Shown in pieces: positions 42,547-54,812 of a stretch of 64,000 bases of DNA. The notes under the pieces are model-generated. The model ran no database searches, was not told where the DNA came from, and worked only from the letters and a program-made list of their open reading frames with translations. The number at the start of each line of letters is the position of its first letter. Within the stretch, counting starts at the first letter, position 1. A program made the translations under genes and the position numbers. The stretch spans positions 136,874 to 200,873 of the forward strand of contig JASGKV010000024.1 in assembly GCA_049840575.1 (NCBI GenBank), given 5' to 3'. The DNA is from Pirellulales bacterium. Its GTDB lineage: Bacteria > Planctomycetota > Planctomycetia > Pirellulales > JALHPA01.

Positions 42547-44160
42547 GGGTTCCGATCCGGGGGATTCGCTTCGGTTCGGGCGGCACGCACGATCGCCTGC
42601 GACTGTTCGTAATAGCGTTCCAACGGCGTCGATGCCGCGCTCCGCGCGACGGCGGGGCGTTTCTCCGGCCAAGGATGTTGGGATTGATGATAGCCGTGAC
42701 ACTCCACGCAATCCGAACGGGCGTGCGTGATCGACTTGTCCGCGGAATTCACGCTGTTCGGCGCGTGACAGCGGACGCAGTTGTCGCGGTCGGGGATCAT
42801 CACTTTTTCGTTGTTGGTCGCGGCGTTCGCACCTTCGCCGAAGGCTCCTTCATGACACGTGCGACAGTCCTTCGAATCCTTGGTCGTCACGTGGGGAGTG
42901 TGATCGAACTTCGCGTGCGCGTACCACGTTCGCGGAACTTTGGTCGGCGCGATCGCGGGGAACAGCGTCGCGCCTTTATCTTCGGCGAATTCTCCGGAAA
43001 CCGTGTGGCATTCGACGCATTGGGTTCGTGTGAGATACTCGGCCGATTTCCGAATTTCCTGCTCCGCTTCCTGACGCTTCGTCTCCGACAGGATACGCGG
43101 GGCTTCGTTCCCCGGGATACGGCGCTCCGGATCCGTGGGTTGCTTATCCAACTCGGGCGAGTCCTGCATCGCCTGCGTGTAGACGGTGTTGCGAACGAAA
43201 CGCGACAGTTCGTCGGGCGTCGACTTATGCACGACCATCGCGCCAGGCGTCCCCGACAAGCCCGCTTGATACGGCAACTGGTGGCAGGCGACGCAGTGGC
43301 GTTCGAACAGCACCGGAAGATAGTTCTTTCCGACGGTCGCGGATCCGGTTTCACCCGAAGCCAACCCGGCGTCGCCGAACTTGGGATTGTCGCGGGTCCG
43401 TTCGTGACAGGACGAGCAGTCGAGTTGCACCCAGCCTTCGTTCTGCACGGATTTGCCGGTGCCGTAGAGTTCGCGGTATTGGGCCGCTTTGCCGACGTTC
43501 GCGCCTAACTCGGCCATGCGGACCAAATCGGTCGGTTGACGCGGCACTTCTTTACGAGCTTCGCCTTTGACGTCGTCCCGCAACGTCTGCGGCAGCCCGG
43601 CGGTCATGTGCAAAGCGTGGTTGAATTTCAACTTGCCCGGATCGACTTTGATCGAGCGAAAGTCGGGGTGTCCGGCGGCGAACGATTCGATCTTCGCGGC
43701 GAACGGCTTCGCCGGATCGCGCGACGGGCCGTCCATATGATCGGCCAGATTCGCATGACAAACGGTACAGTGTTGATCGGCGACGAATTTGATATCGGCC
43801 GAACGACCGAGGTGATCGCGATGGCAAACGGCGCAGTTGGCTTCCAGCGCGCCGAGTTGCTTGTCATACATTTCGTTCTGCGGCGAGTGCGGGCCGGTTT
43901 TCTTGTGGCATTCCAGGCACTTCGAGTCCATCGTCGAGACCCACTCGGGCCATTTCTGTCCGCCGGCGGAACCGGAGATCGGCGTGAACGAAACGTGGCA
44001 AGCCTGACACTTGGCGTCCAACTGTTGATGCTTGGCGATCAACGGTCCGTGCGAGATGACGTATTCGCCGTTATCGGCCAAAGCCGGATAGAGCGCAAAC
44101 GCGCCGGCCAAGAAGATCGCGGCCAACCCGGCGCGGGTCTTCCAAGCGTCCCAGCGGTTG
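42543..44160 (-). CDS. decaheme c-type cytochrome with N-terminal signal-anchor
   Basis: Ten CxxCH motifs: CQACH, CLECH, CAVCH, CTVCH, CSSCH, CVACH, CVECH, CRTCH, CVRCH, CVECH. Likely GTG start 44160 giving MPRDYLRRYNRWDAWKTRAGLAAIFLAGAFALYPALA. The tracked ORF extends to 44315 with an implausible N-terminus. Confidence 0.7.
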
Positions 44161-44331
44161 TAGCGACGAAGATAGTCACGCGGCACGCGCGGTGCGACGC
44201 TTCGCTTCCGGCGGCGGGAGCAGCGGATTTTGCGTAGCGGACATTGCCGACGAGACGAGAGAACCAACCGTACCCAACCGTTGCCGCGACGGACGCCGCC
44301 GCGACATGACAACACGAGCCGACGAACGAAA

Positions 44332-45289
44332 TCACAGGTACTTCAAGGCGTACAGCACGTGCACGAACATCAAAACAACCAGCGCGGCCGACAAAGGCAA
44401 ATGCACCAACAACCAAGAATGCAACCAAGCGTGGAGTTTCGTTTGGAGTTCGAACTCGCGACGCTGACGACAAAGATCACCGAGCGCCTCGACCACTTCG
44501 TCTCCGCCCGGTCCTAATCTGCGACGCAGACCTTCGAAAATTCGCTCGGCGCGCCCCGAGGCGGCGAACGACGATTCTCCGCGTTTCTCGCCGCGCAGAA
44601 AGGGACCGATCTCGGTCGCGTACAGTTCATCCAGAGCGCTCGCGGCCCCGGGTTCCGCGCCGGCTAGGTTCAAAACCGCGACGTTTCGTTCCAGCGTCTT
44701 CTCCTGCCACGGTCGATAACCGCTAACGGCGAAATTCTCTTCATACGCCGGTTCGACCTTCACCGTTTTGAGGGCCGATCGCCCAAGCGACGCCGCGACG
44801 ATCGCTTTGGCCTCTTGATCGAGTTGCGAGGAGACGCGTTCGACTTGGGAGTGAATCGTTTCCGACGGAACTTGCTCGTACATCGTCCGCGGGATGTATT
44901 GTTGCAGGACCAATCCCCAGACGCCGCTGAGAATGACCACGGCGAACAACACCATCAGTATCAGCGCCAGCCAACCGTCGAAACGAAAGCCGGAATGCAG
45001 GACGATTAACGGAACGGTCAACAGACCGAGCCAGATATGTGCGCATCCACGTTTGCGCGCGACCGATGCGCCAGGCGCGCACTTTCTTCCGCGGCCAAAT
45101 CGCGAACTCGAAGAGGATGATCAATCCGCCGACGGTGCCGTAAACCAAGCCTGGCGCGGAAGAACCACCGACCCATTTCCCTTCTGCTTGACTGGAGATC
45201 GCGTACCACGCGCCGACCGCGATCGTGGCGACGACTAAGAACGCGACCCAGCCGCGGTGCTGTTCGAAATGTGGACCGGTGACCAACAC
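44332..45289 (-). CDS. polytopic membrane protein with conserved His in TM helices (candidate b-type-cytochrome-like membrane anchor); 1 apparent frameshift (~45020)
   Basis: GTG 45289: MLVTGPHFEQHRGWVAFLVVATIAVGAWY..., then AHIWLGLLTVPLIVLHSGFRFDGWLALILMVLFAVVIL..., then C-terminal LHAWLHSWLLVHLPLSAALVVLMFVHVLY. The function is inferred only from TM/His pattern and genomic context. Confidence 0.45.
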
Positions 45290-45626
45290 GAAATCGCCCC
45301 GATTTCATGACTTGAGGCCGAAAAACCGCGTAAAACCCGCGAATCAGACGAAATGTTAAAATCCGCGCTACCCGCTGTCAAACGAATTCAAGCCGAAACC
45401 GCGAGAATTCACGCCCTGTCGAGCGATTTTCATAGACCGCGCAAGATCTATCGATTATTCATGTTCTATGATTGCCCAGCCTTTACGATGAAGGCGAAAC
45501 GCGCGCTCGTCGGCCACTCGACGTCGCGACGATCGGGATCACAGGACGTTCGCATTCGAGACGTCGACCACCACGCGATCGCGCACGACAGCGCGATCCG
45601 AGACTCGTTCCTGGGCGCAGAAACTT

Positions 45627-48410
45627 ATGACGACTTCCAACGGACAATCGACCGCGGAAAGCAAACTTCCTCAAACGGCCGAGCATCTGCGACTCCGCAC
45701 GATCGATTCCGACGCCTTCGGTTGGCGACGTTGGGGACCGTATATCAGCGATCGCTCGTGGGGGACCGTACGCGAAGATTACAGTCACAACGGCGACGCC
45801 TGGAGTTTCTTGCCTCACGACATGGTGCGCAGCAAGGCCTATCGCTGGGGCGAAGACGCCATCGCCGGAGTCAGCGATCGATATCAACTATTGAACATCG
45901 CTCCGGCATTTTGGAACGAACGCGATCCGATTCTCAAGGAACGTCTGTTCGGACTGACGCCGCAAGAAGGCAACCACGGCGAAGACGTGAAGGAATATTA
46001 CTTTCACGTCGACAACACGCCGACGCACTCGTACATGAAGTTGCTCTATAAATACGGGCAACGCGAATATCCATACGCGGACCTCGTGAACGAGAATCGT
46101 CGCCGCGACGGCCAAGGCTTCGAATACGAATTGCTGGATACCGGATATTTCGAGGAGAACCGCTACTTCGATATTGAAATCGAGTACGCCAAGGTCGACG
46201 AAGACGATTTGCTGCTGAAAATCACCGCCATCAATCGCGGCCCGGACACGGCGCCGTTGCATATCCTGCCGCATCTGTGGTTTCGCAACACCTGGAGTTG
46301 GAGCGGTAAAGCCCAACCGCAACCGCGCATCGAGCGCGGCGCCGACGGCCGCGATTTCGTCACGCTGCATGCCGACGATACCCCCAGCGGCGGCCAGCGC
46401 GGACTACCGTTCTCGTATGCCTTGGGACGACGCACTCTGTATGCGGCCACCCCTGAAGCGATCCTCTTCACCGACAACGAAACGAACGCGGCTCGGGTGT
46501 ATGGTCCGGGCAATTCGTCGAAAAGCCCTTACGTCAAAGACGCCTTTCATCGCCATTTGGTGGACGGCGAGGAATGCCTGCGCCCCGAACCGTTCGGTAC
46601 GAAGGCCGCCCTGCACTATCGCTTTCCGGCCGTCGCGCCGGGCGAAGCCGTGGTCGTGCGAGTCCGGTTGTCGGACGACGACGCGCTCGCCGATCCGCTA
46701 GGCGAATTCGACGGAATTTTGGAAACGCGTCGACGCGAAGCCGACGACTTCTACGCCGCCGTTCATCCGCCCGAAGCGTCGGCGGACGAACGTCTGGTGC
46801 AGCGTCAAGCATTCGCCGGCGCGTTGTGGACCAAGCAGATCTATTTGATGGACGTCGAAAAGTGGCTGCACGGCGACGATCCCAAGTCGCCGCCGCCCGC
46901 CGAACGTTTAAAAGGCCGCAACAAACATTGGTTGCACTTGAATTCGATGCGCGTCATATCGATGCCCGACAAGTGGGAATACCCCTGGTTCGCGGCTTGG
47001 GATTTGGCGTTCCACACGGTCACGTTGGCGCAGGTCGACCCGAAGTTCGCTCAGGATCAGCTCTGGATGTTGCTGTTCGAGCAGTTCCAACACCCCAACG
47101 GTCAATTGCCCGCGTATGAGTGGGACTTCGGGGATCTCAACCCGCCGGTTCACGCTTGGGCGGTCTGGCGTGTTTACAACATGTCGTATCACCGCACAGG
47201 AAAGAAGGATTACGAGTTCCTGGAAAGCTGCTTCCATAAATTGTTGATCAACTTCGCGTGGTGGATCAACAAGGTCGATCAAGAAGGAAACAACGTCTTC
47301 GAAGGGGGCTTCCTCGGGCTCGACAACATCACGGTGATCGACCGTAGCGAACGTTGCACCGACGGCTCGAAGCTCGAACAATCCGATGCGACCGGCTGGA
47401 TGGGGATGTTTTGTTTGAACCTTATGCGGATCGCGCTCGAGTTAGCGTTGACCAATCGCGTCTACGAAAAGATGGCGATCAAGTTCTTCCAGCACTACAC
47501 GTACGTCGCTTCGGCCATGAAGCACATGGGCAACCGCGACTATCAATTGTGGGACGAGAAAGACGGCTTCTTCTACGACGTGCTACGGCATCCCGACGGA
47601 CGCTTTCAGAAATTCCGCGTCCGTTCGCTGGTCGGGCTGATCCCGATGTTCGCGGTCGAACGTCTGGAATCGAAGTGGATGGAACCGTTCAAAGAGTTCT
47701 CGACGAACTTCCATTGGTTCCTCGAGAACCGGATGAAAACCGCCAAGAACGTGGTACACGAAGTCGATAACGGCACCGGCACGACGTATGTGCTGACGAT
47801 CGTCAATCAAGAACAACTCGGCCGCATCGTCGAGCGGATGTGGGATCCGAACGAATTTCTTTCGCCCTACGGCTTGCGCAGCCTCTCGAAGTTTCACGAA
47901 GCCAACCCGTTCGAGTTCGAAGGCCGTCGCGTGGATTACGAGCCGGCTGAAGCGATCTCGAAGCTCAAAGGCGGGAACTCCAACTGGCGCGGACCGATTT
48001 GGTTTCCGACCAGCTTTTTGATGATCGAATCGCTGCGCAAACTCGGCAAAGCCTTTGGTCCGAACCTGAAAATCCACGTCTCGGACGGACGCAATCTGGG
48101 CTTCGGCGAGTTGGCTTCCGATCTTGCCAACCGCATGATCAAAATTTTCAGTCGCGACGAGCGCGGTCTCCGCCCGGTTTACGGCGGCACGGAAATTTTT
48201 CAACATGATCCGCACTGGCGCGACTTAGTGTTGTTCTTCGAATACTTTCATGGCGACGAAGGGGCCGGCTTGGGGGCATCGCACCAAACCGGCTGGACCG
48301 CGTTGATCGCCACGCTGATCGAAGAATGGCGACTCGGCGACGACACTGCCGCGCAACCCAAGCTGGCAGCCCTCGCGCAAACGGCCAAACCACGAACGCA
48401 ATTGGCTTAG
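45627..48410 (+). CDS. glycoside hydrolase family 63-like (processing alpha-glucosidase / mannosylglycerate-hydrolase-like)
   Basis: Uninterrupted 927-aa ORF with ATG 45627. (alpha/alpha)6-barrel-type motifs ...[68 protein letters not shown]... typical of GH63/MGH-like enzymes (family call from memory). Confidence 0.7.
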   Translation: MTTSNGQSTAESKLPQTAEHLRLRTIDSDAFGWRRWGPYISDRSWGTVREDYSHNGDAWSFLPHDMVRSKAYRWGEDAIAGVSDRYQLLNIAPAFWNERDPILKERLFGLTPQEGNHGEDVKEYYFHVDNTPTHSYMKLLYKYGQREYPYADLVNENRRRDGQGFEYELLDTGYFEENRYFDIEIEYAKVDEDDLLLKITAINRGPDTAPLHILPHLWFRNTWSWSGKAQPQPRIERGADGRDFVTLHADDTPSGGQRGLPFSYALGRRTLYAATPEAILFTDNETNAARVYGPGNSSKSPYVKDAFHRHLVDGEECLRPEPFGTKAALHYRFPAVAPGEAVVVRVRLSDDDALADPLGEFDGILETRRREADDFYAAVHPPEASADERLVQRQAFAGALWTKQIYLMDVEKWLHGDDPKSPPPAERLKGRNKHWLHLNSMRVISMPDKWEYPWFAAWDLAFHTVTLAQVDPKFAQDQLWMLLFEQFQHPNGQLPAYEWDFGDLNPPVHAWAVWRVYNMSYHRTGKKDYEFLESCFHKLLINFAWWINKVDQEGNNVFEGGFLGLDNITVIDRSERCTDGSKLEQSDATGWMGMFCLNLMRIALELALTNRVYEKMAIKFFQHYTYVASAMKHMGNRDYQLWDEKDGFFYDVLRHPDGRFQKFRVRSLVGLIPMFAVERLESKWMEPFKEFSTNFHWFLENRMKTAKNVVHEVDNGTGTTYVLTIVNQEQLGRIVERMWDPNEFLSPYGLRSLSKFHEANPFEFEGRRVDYEPAEAISKLKGGNSNWRGPIWFPTSFLMIESLRKLGKAFGPNLKIHVSDGRNLGFGELASDLANRMIKIFSRDERGLRPVYGGTEIFQHDPHWRDLVLFFEYFHGDEGAGLGASHQTGWTALIATLIEEWRLGDDTAAQPKLAALAQTAKPRTQLA

Positions 48411-48665
48411 GCATAGTATCGCCTGTGCTCGGTGTGGCGAGCGAATTGCGTGTTCCCGCAAGTCGGGCTAAGATGCGCATGTTCGTCATTTCGCTCTTGA
48501 GCCGCGAGATCGTCGGGGCAGCGCCGATTCGACTTATCTAGAATCCGACGCTCGGTTCGATCGTTGTGCGCCGCCGTTGTGCCGGGGACCGGCGCACGTT
48601 TCCGAGACGCCGCCCCCGTTCATGGACGAACGCGGACCAGCGCGGACCGCACCAGGATCGTCGCT

Positions 48666-51600
48666 ATGACGGAAAACAGCAGTCTTTGGTCGCGATTGAC
48701 CGGGCTGACCGGTCGTATCACCGCCGCGCTCTTTCTGCTGACCGCGATCTTTCCGTTGGTCATCTATATCTTGTCCAGCGAAATCGCGTCGGACACGATC
48801 CTCAAGCATGAGATGGACGATTTAGCCGACGAATCGAGCGATAGCTGCAACGACTTGATCTTGAAACTCGAACAGCTCCGGTCGGACGTATTGCTGCTGG
48901 CCTCGGATATTCAAAATCCGTCAGCCGGTGTTTCTAGGCTTCAAGGGCGATAAAACGCCGACTGCCACGAATCCCGAAGTCGTTGATCCGAAGAATCCCG
49001 GAGAGCCGGATGGCTCGCAAGACGGTACCGAGAAGGCTCTGGAGGAAGTCAAGCGAAATCTCAAAGGCGTCACCAAGGAAGAAGTTCAAGAACGATTGAA
49101 ACGGGCGTTGGTGGAATCCTCTTCGGATGCCTTGGACCCCTACTTCAATTACGAATCCGCCGCCGCAGGCCCCACCTATCTCCCGGGCGTCGAAATCGAA
49201 TCCGTTTACATTCGCGCCGCCGTCTTCAACCGCGACGAGCAGGGGCTGCACGAACTGGGAATGGTTCACAGCGATACGATCTATCGTCAAGGCGAAAGCG
49301 AAGAAACGAAACGCTCCGCGGATGCGGCCGCGATCGACCAATTGAAGACGCTTCTGCCGGAAGCCGAAGCGCGACAAGCGCGTGATCGCACGGACGTCTA
49401 TCTCTCGGACATCTTGGTCAATCCGGAAACCGGGCGTTATACGATTTGGGCGATTCTGGTCATTCCCAAGCTCGATGAAAAACAAAACGTCTTGAATACG
49501 ACGCCGCGCGTCGGCTTTGTCGCGATTCAACTGAATTGGTCGCGATTGATACGCGAGATGGATCGTTCGAATCGCTTGTTAATGTTTCTGGCAGGCAAGC
49601 AGGATGCCGTTTGGAAGTTTTTCGAGCATCCCGAGCAAGACCATCTGACCACCAAGAAGTCGGAGACGTTGCGGCAGATCAATGGCATCGAAAGCGTCAT
49701 CAACTACGAACACGACGACCTCGGCAACTATTCGCCGCTGGATCTCGAAAAGATGCTGGAAGAACGCTACGAAGACCTTAGCGCCCGCAGCAACACGCTA
49801 GGCAACGCGTTTAAAAGCTCACGATTATCCTTAGTCGACGTCCGCCGATATTTCATCGTGGGCTTTATTAATCAGGAGTCGATCGAACAGTATTACCAAG
49901 ACGATCCCAAGCGGCTCGCCGCTGCCGAAAGCCATGCCGCCTATGTCGAGGAACGCCTGAACGCGGAACGACCGGACGGAACTGGCAAGATCGATCAGCG
50001 TCCCGCGAATTATCTCAAGAATCTCTATTACATGCGGATGCTCTGGAGAGAGATGTTCGCGTTACGCGAGAACGAGGAAACGCTGCGTTTCCTGCCTCCG
50101 TTGGATCCTTCGCGACTCGGCCAAATCAACGACCAACGGTATATGGTCAACGGGCGCATGACGCCCGGACAACCCAAACCGGCTTGGATCCCCGCGGTCG
50201 AAGAAGTCTTCCAGAAATTCCACCTCGCGCCGTCGAAGAAAAGTCGCGTAGCGGCGATGAATTATCTGCGGTCTTGGAAAGACTATTCTCAAGCCGAGAT
50301 GGAAACGTACGGCTTGTATGTCGAAAAGATCCCGCTCGACAAAAACGCCGCGGTGACTTCGGCCGAGCCCGCAAAACAAAAAATCCGCTATTTATTGTAC
50401 GGCGCAGCCGCGTCGTATCAGGAAATCGAAGCCGACATCCAGCAAAACCTCTGGGTGTTAAAACTCTTACTGATCGTCGCATTGATCAGTTGCGTGTTGT
50501 TCGCGATCGGCGTATCGAAAACCATCACGAAACCCCTGCGCGGATTGTTGACCGCTATTCAACACGTCGGAACGTTGCGCGGAATACGCGACGACGCCGA
50601 GTTGCCGGTCGACCGATCGGACGAAATCGGTCGCTTAGCCCGCGCGTTCTACTCGATGAACGACGAGCTGCGCAGCAAAGAAGATCGTTTGCGCGACGAA
50701 AAGGCCTACGCGATGGCGATCGTCAATGCGGTCGGAGAAGGGATCGTCACGTTCGACGAAGACGGCAAAATAATCGGCGTGAACGTGGCCGCTCGAAAAA
50801 AGCTGTTCCAGTACAAATCCGATACGCAATTGATCGGCCGCAACTTTTCGGAACTCTTCGCCAACGACGATTGGAACAAAGAAGAAGATATGGAGAACGC
50901 GCTGTCGCAGCGTCGACTCGCAAGTGGCGTCGTTCACGATCATGCAAAAATTGTACGAACCGACCGAATCGGTCGGCATGCGAGCGGACGGCACGACGTT
51001 CCCGATGGAGTACATCCTCAGCGAGTTTCCGCACGGCGGGAATCGTTTCTACACGGCGATCGTCCGCGACATCAGCGAACGCAAGAAATACGAAGAAGAA
51101 CGTCGCCAACGGCGGCGCGAACTGGAACGCGAAGTCGAGCGCAAGACGCAAACAATCCGCGAAAGTAAACGCAAAATCGAAGAAACGTATCAAAAACTGG
51201 AAAGCGAACAACGCCTGAAAGATACATTTCTTCTCGCTTTGACTCACGAAACGAATAACCTGCTGGTCCCCATCATGGGCCATGCCACGGCCTTAGCGCG
51301 AAAGATGGCCGACGATCCCATGGTGGTCGATCGCTCGAACAAGATTCGGCGATCCAGCGAACGCATCCAGCAACTCAGCAACGAGTGCAAGAATTATCAA
51401 AAATTGGTGATGGGCAAAGTCGATTTGACGCCCGTCGAATTCGATCTTAGCGAACTCATACGCGGGATTGCCGAACAACTCGAAGAACGCGCGACGAAGA
51501 ACGAAAGCCGTATCGTTCTCGAAGGGGTCGACGCTTTGGGCAAGATCGTCTCCGACCAAGAACGAATAACGCAAATATTAACCAACTTGGTCGGTAACGC

Positions 51601-52762
51601 TTGCAAGTTCACCAAGCAAGGGACCATCACCATCGCTGCCCAACGTTTGGATCAGAACGCCGGCAATTTCGTACGCATCGACGTGCGAGACACCGGAGTC
51701 GGTATGTCGCCCGAGCAGGCGGACCGATTATTCAAACCGTTCCCGATGATCTCGACCAAGGAACAAAATCCGGACGGGACCGGCTTGGGACTGGCTTTGT
51801 GTAAAGATCTCTGCCGCATCCTGGGCGGAGATATTTCCGCTTCCAGCGAACAAGGCGTCGGATCGACGTTCAGCGTGGTGCTGCCGATCGAACTCCGTTT
51901 GGAGAAAAATCCGGAATCGGCCGCGGAAGAGCACCACGTTTCGACCTTGACCAACGTTTTACGTCCGCACGCGAACGGAGATAAGAAATCGCGTCGGGTG
52001 TTGGTCATCGACGACGATCCGAACGTCTGCGATTTGATGCGCGAGTTTTTAGAGAACCACGGCATGGTCATCAGCACCGCGCACGACGGCCAAACCGGAC
52101 TCGAAATGGCACGAACCCAAAAGCCCGACGTCATCACTCTCGATGCGATGATGCCGAACATGGATGGCTGGACCGTGTTGACGCTACTCAAATCGGATCC
52201 ACAAACCCAACGCATCCCGGTCGTGATGGTCACCGTAGCCGACGATCGAAAGCGGGGCGTCTCGCTGGGCGTCTCCGACTATTTCACAAAGCCGATCGAT
52301 TGGCCGCGTTTGACGCGAATGCTGCAGGATTACACCGGCGGCGAGGCGGCCCCGCGCGTGCTGGTCATCGACGATCAGCCAGGCACGCGCGAGATGTGTC
52401 GCGAGACGCTCGCCGGCAACGGTTGGATCGTGGTCGAAGCCTCGGACGGCGTCAGCGGCTTGGCACAGGTCGAGGCGGCGAACCCGTCGGTGATTTTGCT
52501 GGATCTGTTGATGCCGAATATGGATGGATTCGAGTTTCTCGAAGAGTTGCGCGCTCGCCCCGACGGCGCGAAAATTCCGGTGGTCGTGATGACGGCCAAA
52601 GACTTGACGGACGAAGATCGTTTACGATTGAACGCGCGGGTCGCCGGCGTCATTATGAAGGGAAGATTGTCGACCGACGAACTCTTACAGGAAATGTTGC
52701 AACGCGTGAAATCCATTCTCGAGACGCGCTCGGATCGCACGAAAGAGGTGTCGGTTGGCTAA
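48666..52762 (+). CDS. hybrid sensor histidine kinase (large extracytoplasmic sensor, TM, HAMP, PAS, HisKA, HATPase_c, two receiver domains); 2 apparent frameshifts (~48930, ~50930)
   Basis: ATG 48666 (TM LFLLTAIFPLVIYIL). ORF 48928..51168 has the periplasmic domain, second TM (LWVLKLLLIVALISCVLFAIGVS), HAMP (AFYSMNDELRSK) and PAS. ORF 50924..52762 has H-box (LALTHETNNLLVPIMGHA), N/G boxes (LTNLVGNACKFT, DTGVGMS, GTGLGLALCKDL), REC1 (RVLVIDDDPNVCDL...ITLDAMMPNMDG...) and REC2 (RVLVIDDQPGTRE...ILLDLLMPNMDG...). Confidence 0.7.
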
Positions 52763-53123
52763 TATCCTCATCGTCGAAGACGACCCGAACGCCGCCGAAT
52801 TCGTTAGAGAATTCCTCCAAGACGAGGGCTTCGTCTGCGAATCGACGGCGGTCCACGAACGCGTCTTCGAACTCGTTGGTCAAAAATGGCCCGACCTGAT
52901 TCTGATGGACAGCATTCTGGTCGGTTACCCGCTGCAAGGCTGGGAAATCGCTCAACGGATTAAGGCCGATCCTGCCACTACCGGAATCCCGATCATCGGT
53001 CTTTCCGGTAAGGACGGCGCGGGGGGCGATCCGCTGCGGATGGCCTCGGATACCTTTTTGGCCAAACCGTACGATCCGTTCGTCTTGTTGGAAACGATTC
53101 AAAAATTTCTCGGCGCGTCGTGA
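52755..53123 (+). CDS. single-domain response regulator (CheY-like receiver)
   Basis: TTG 52755 with AGAGG 6-7 nt upstream, overlapping the kinase stop. MANILIVEDDPNAAEFVREFLQDEGF...LILMDSILVGYPLQGWEIAQRIKADPATTGIPIIGLSG... Confidence 0.6.
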   Translation: MANILIVEDDPNAAEFVREFLQDEGFVCESTAVHERVFELVGQKWPDLILMDSILVGYPLQGWEIAQRIKADPATTGIPIIGLSGKDGAGGDPLRMASDTFLAKPYDPFVLLETIQKFLGAS

Positions 53124-53149
53124 CGCCCGGTTTCGGAAGGGATTCTTCG

Positions 53150-54794
53150 ATGTCGCAAACTCCGCTCGCACCCGACGCCGGCTCGACGGCCGGGCCTATC
53201 CCACGCCGGAGCGCGTCACATGCCGGTCTAACGCGCGGCTACGTAATTCGTATCCGCGAGGATTTAAGCTCGCCGCTCCGCGCGATCCGCGACTTGGCGT
53301 CGGAACTCGCCGCCGGATCGGCTGAACGCGAGGCGACGTTTTTCAAACGTTTAAACGGCGTCGTCAAGGCCAGCGACGCTTCGCTCGAAACGATCCTGCG
53401 CTTGTGCGACGCCGAGAAACTCGTCGGCGCGGAGATCGATCTTGCGGCGGAGTTTCACACGATTCGTCATGACTTGGCGAATGCCTCGACGATGATGGTC
53501 GGTAATTCAGCGTTGTTGCTACGGGACGAACAGGCGGAAAAATTCGGAACGATGCTTTCCGAACTCAAGCAAATCAAGGATCTCATCGAACTTTATCTAC
53601 GACGAGTCAAAGCGGTACGCCCGGAAGCGATCGCCGATCCTTTGGCCTGCGAAATTCATCCTCAATTCACCGTGACGCAAGATACGACGTCGAGCGAAGA
53701 TCTCGCCAAGGTCTTGCGACCGTCGACATCCCGCCCGGCCGCATTTTGGTCGTCGACGACAATCAAGACACGCTGGATGCGATCACAGCGATCCTGCAAG
53801 ACGTCAAACACGTCGTCACCGCGTTGGACAACGGCACGGCGGCATTAAAATTTATCGAAAAACCCGAGAACCGCGACGCGATCGACGTGGTGCTGCTGGA
53901 CATTCGGTTGGGGAACGAGAACGGCTGCGAAATACTCGGTCGTATCAAATCCATGGCCTGGATGGAGCATGTTCCGGTCGTGATGATTTCAGGGCTGGAA
54001 GATTGGGACGTCATCGCCAAGTGCATCGGCGCCGGGGCGGACGATTATCTCACCAAACCGCCGCGACCGACGATGTTGTTGTCGCGGATGAAGAACTGCT
54101 TATTACGCGTCCGCAACTATCGCGATAACGATCGCGCCAAACGAGTTTTGTCTCAACGTTCGAAAGAACGCGACGGTATCATTCGAAGCCTGTTCCCCAA
54201 GCGGATCGTGCCCGACGTCATCGGGCTGAACGATATCACGCCGAAGCGTTACAACGACCTCGCCGTGATGTTTTGCGACATCGTCGGCTTTACGTCGTAC
54301 TGCGACACGCATCAAGACGATCCGCACAAGGTCGTCAGCAAGCTGCGCGAACTCTTTGAAAAATTCGAGGACGCCGCCGACGCTCATAACGTGGATAAAA
54401 TCAAAACCATCGGCGACTGTTTCATGGGCGCGTGCTGGCCGGAAGACGTCAACAACAACGTCGAAAGCTGCATCCGCGCCGCGCAGGAAATGATGAAGGT
54501 CGCGCAGGGGCTCGATTGGAAACTGCGCATCGGCATTCACCAAGGAACGGTCGTCGCCGGAAAAGCCGGTAAGAAGCAGTACTGCTTCGATCTGTGGGGC
54601 GATACGGTGAATTTGGCCGCGCATCCAAGGCGAAGCGGCCGAGGATTCGATCGCGCTCAGCCATCAGGCGTACGAAGCGGTCCGGGATTTATGCCAAGCC
54701 AAGGACCTGGGTTACGCCGAACTGCATGGCAAAAAAGAGCCGGTCAAGCTCTATCAGTTTCTTCGATTTTGGGATCAAGATTGAGGCGATTCCC
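53150..54794 (+). CDS. signalling protein: N-terminal helical H-box-like region + receiver domain + class III adenylate/guanylate cyclase catalytic domain; 2 apparent frameshifts (~53750, ~54620)
   Basis: ATG 53150. ORF 53120..53848: ...EFHTIRHDLANASTMMVGNSALLL... ORF 53746..54801: REC (ILVVDDNQDTLDAI...VVLLDIRLGNENGCEIL...PVVMISGLED...DDYLTKP), cyclase (LAVMFCDIVGFTSYCD...KIKTIGDCFMGACW...RIGIHQGTVVAGKAGKKQYCFDLWGDTVNLAA). Own translation of the third frame gives the natural C-terminus ...AYEAVRDLCQAKDLGYAELHGKKEPVKLYQFLRFWDQD* (stop 54792-54794). Confidence 0.65.
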
Positions 54795-54812
54795 GTTTTA
54801 ATCGTCTCTAGT

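Noticed and set aside
45353-46051. 232-aa plus-strand ORF upstream of and overlapping the GH63 gene
   Set aside because: Begins in the divergent intergenic region and runs out of frame into GH63. The GH63 reading frame with ATG 45627 is far better supported.
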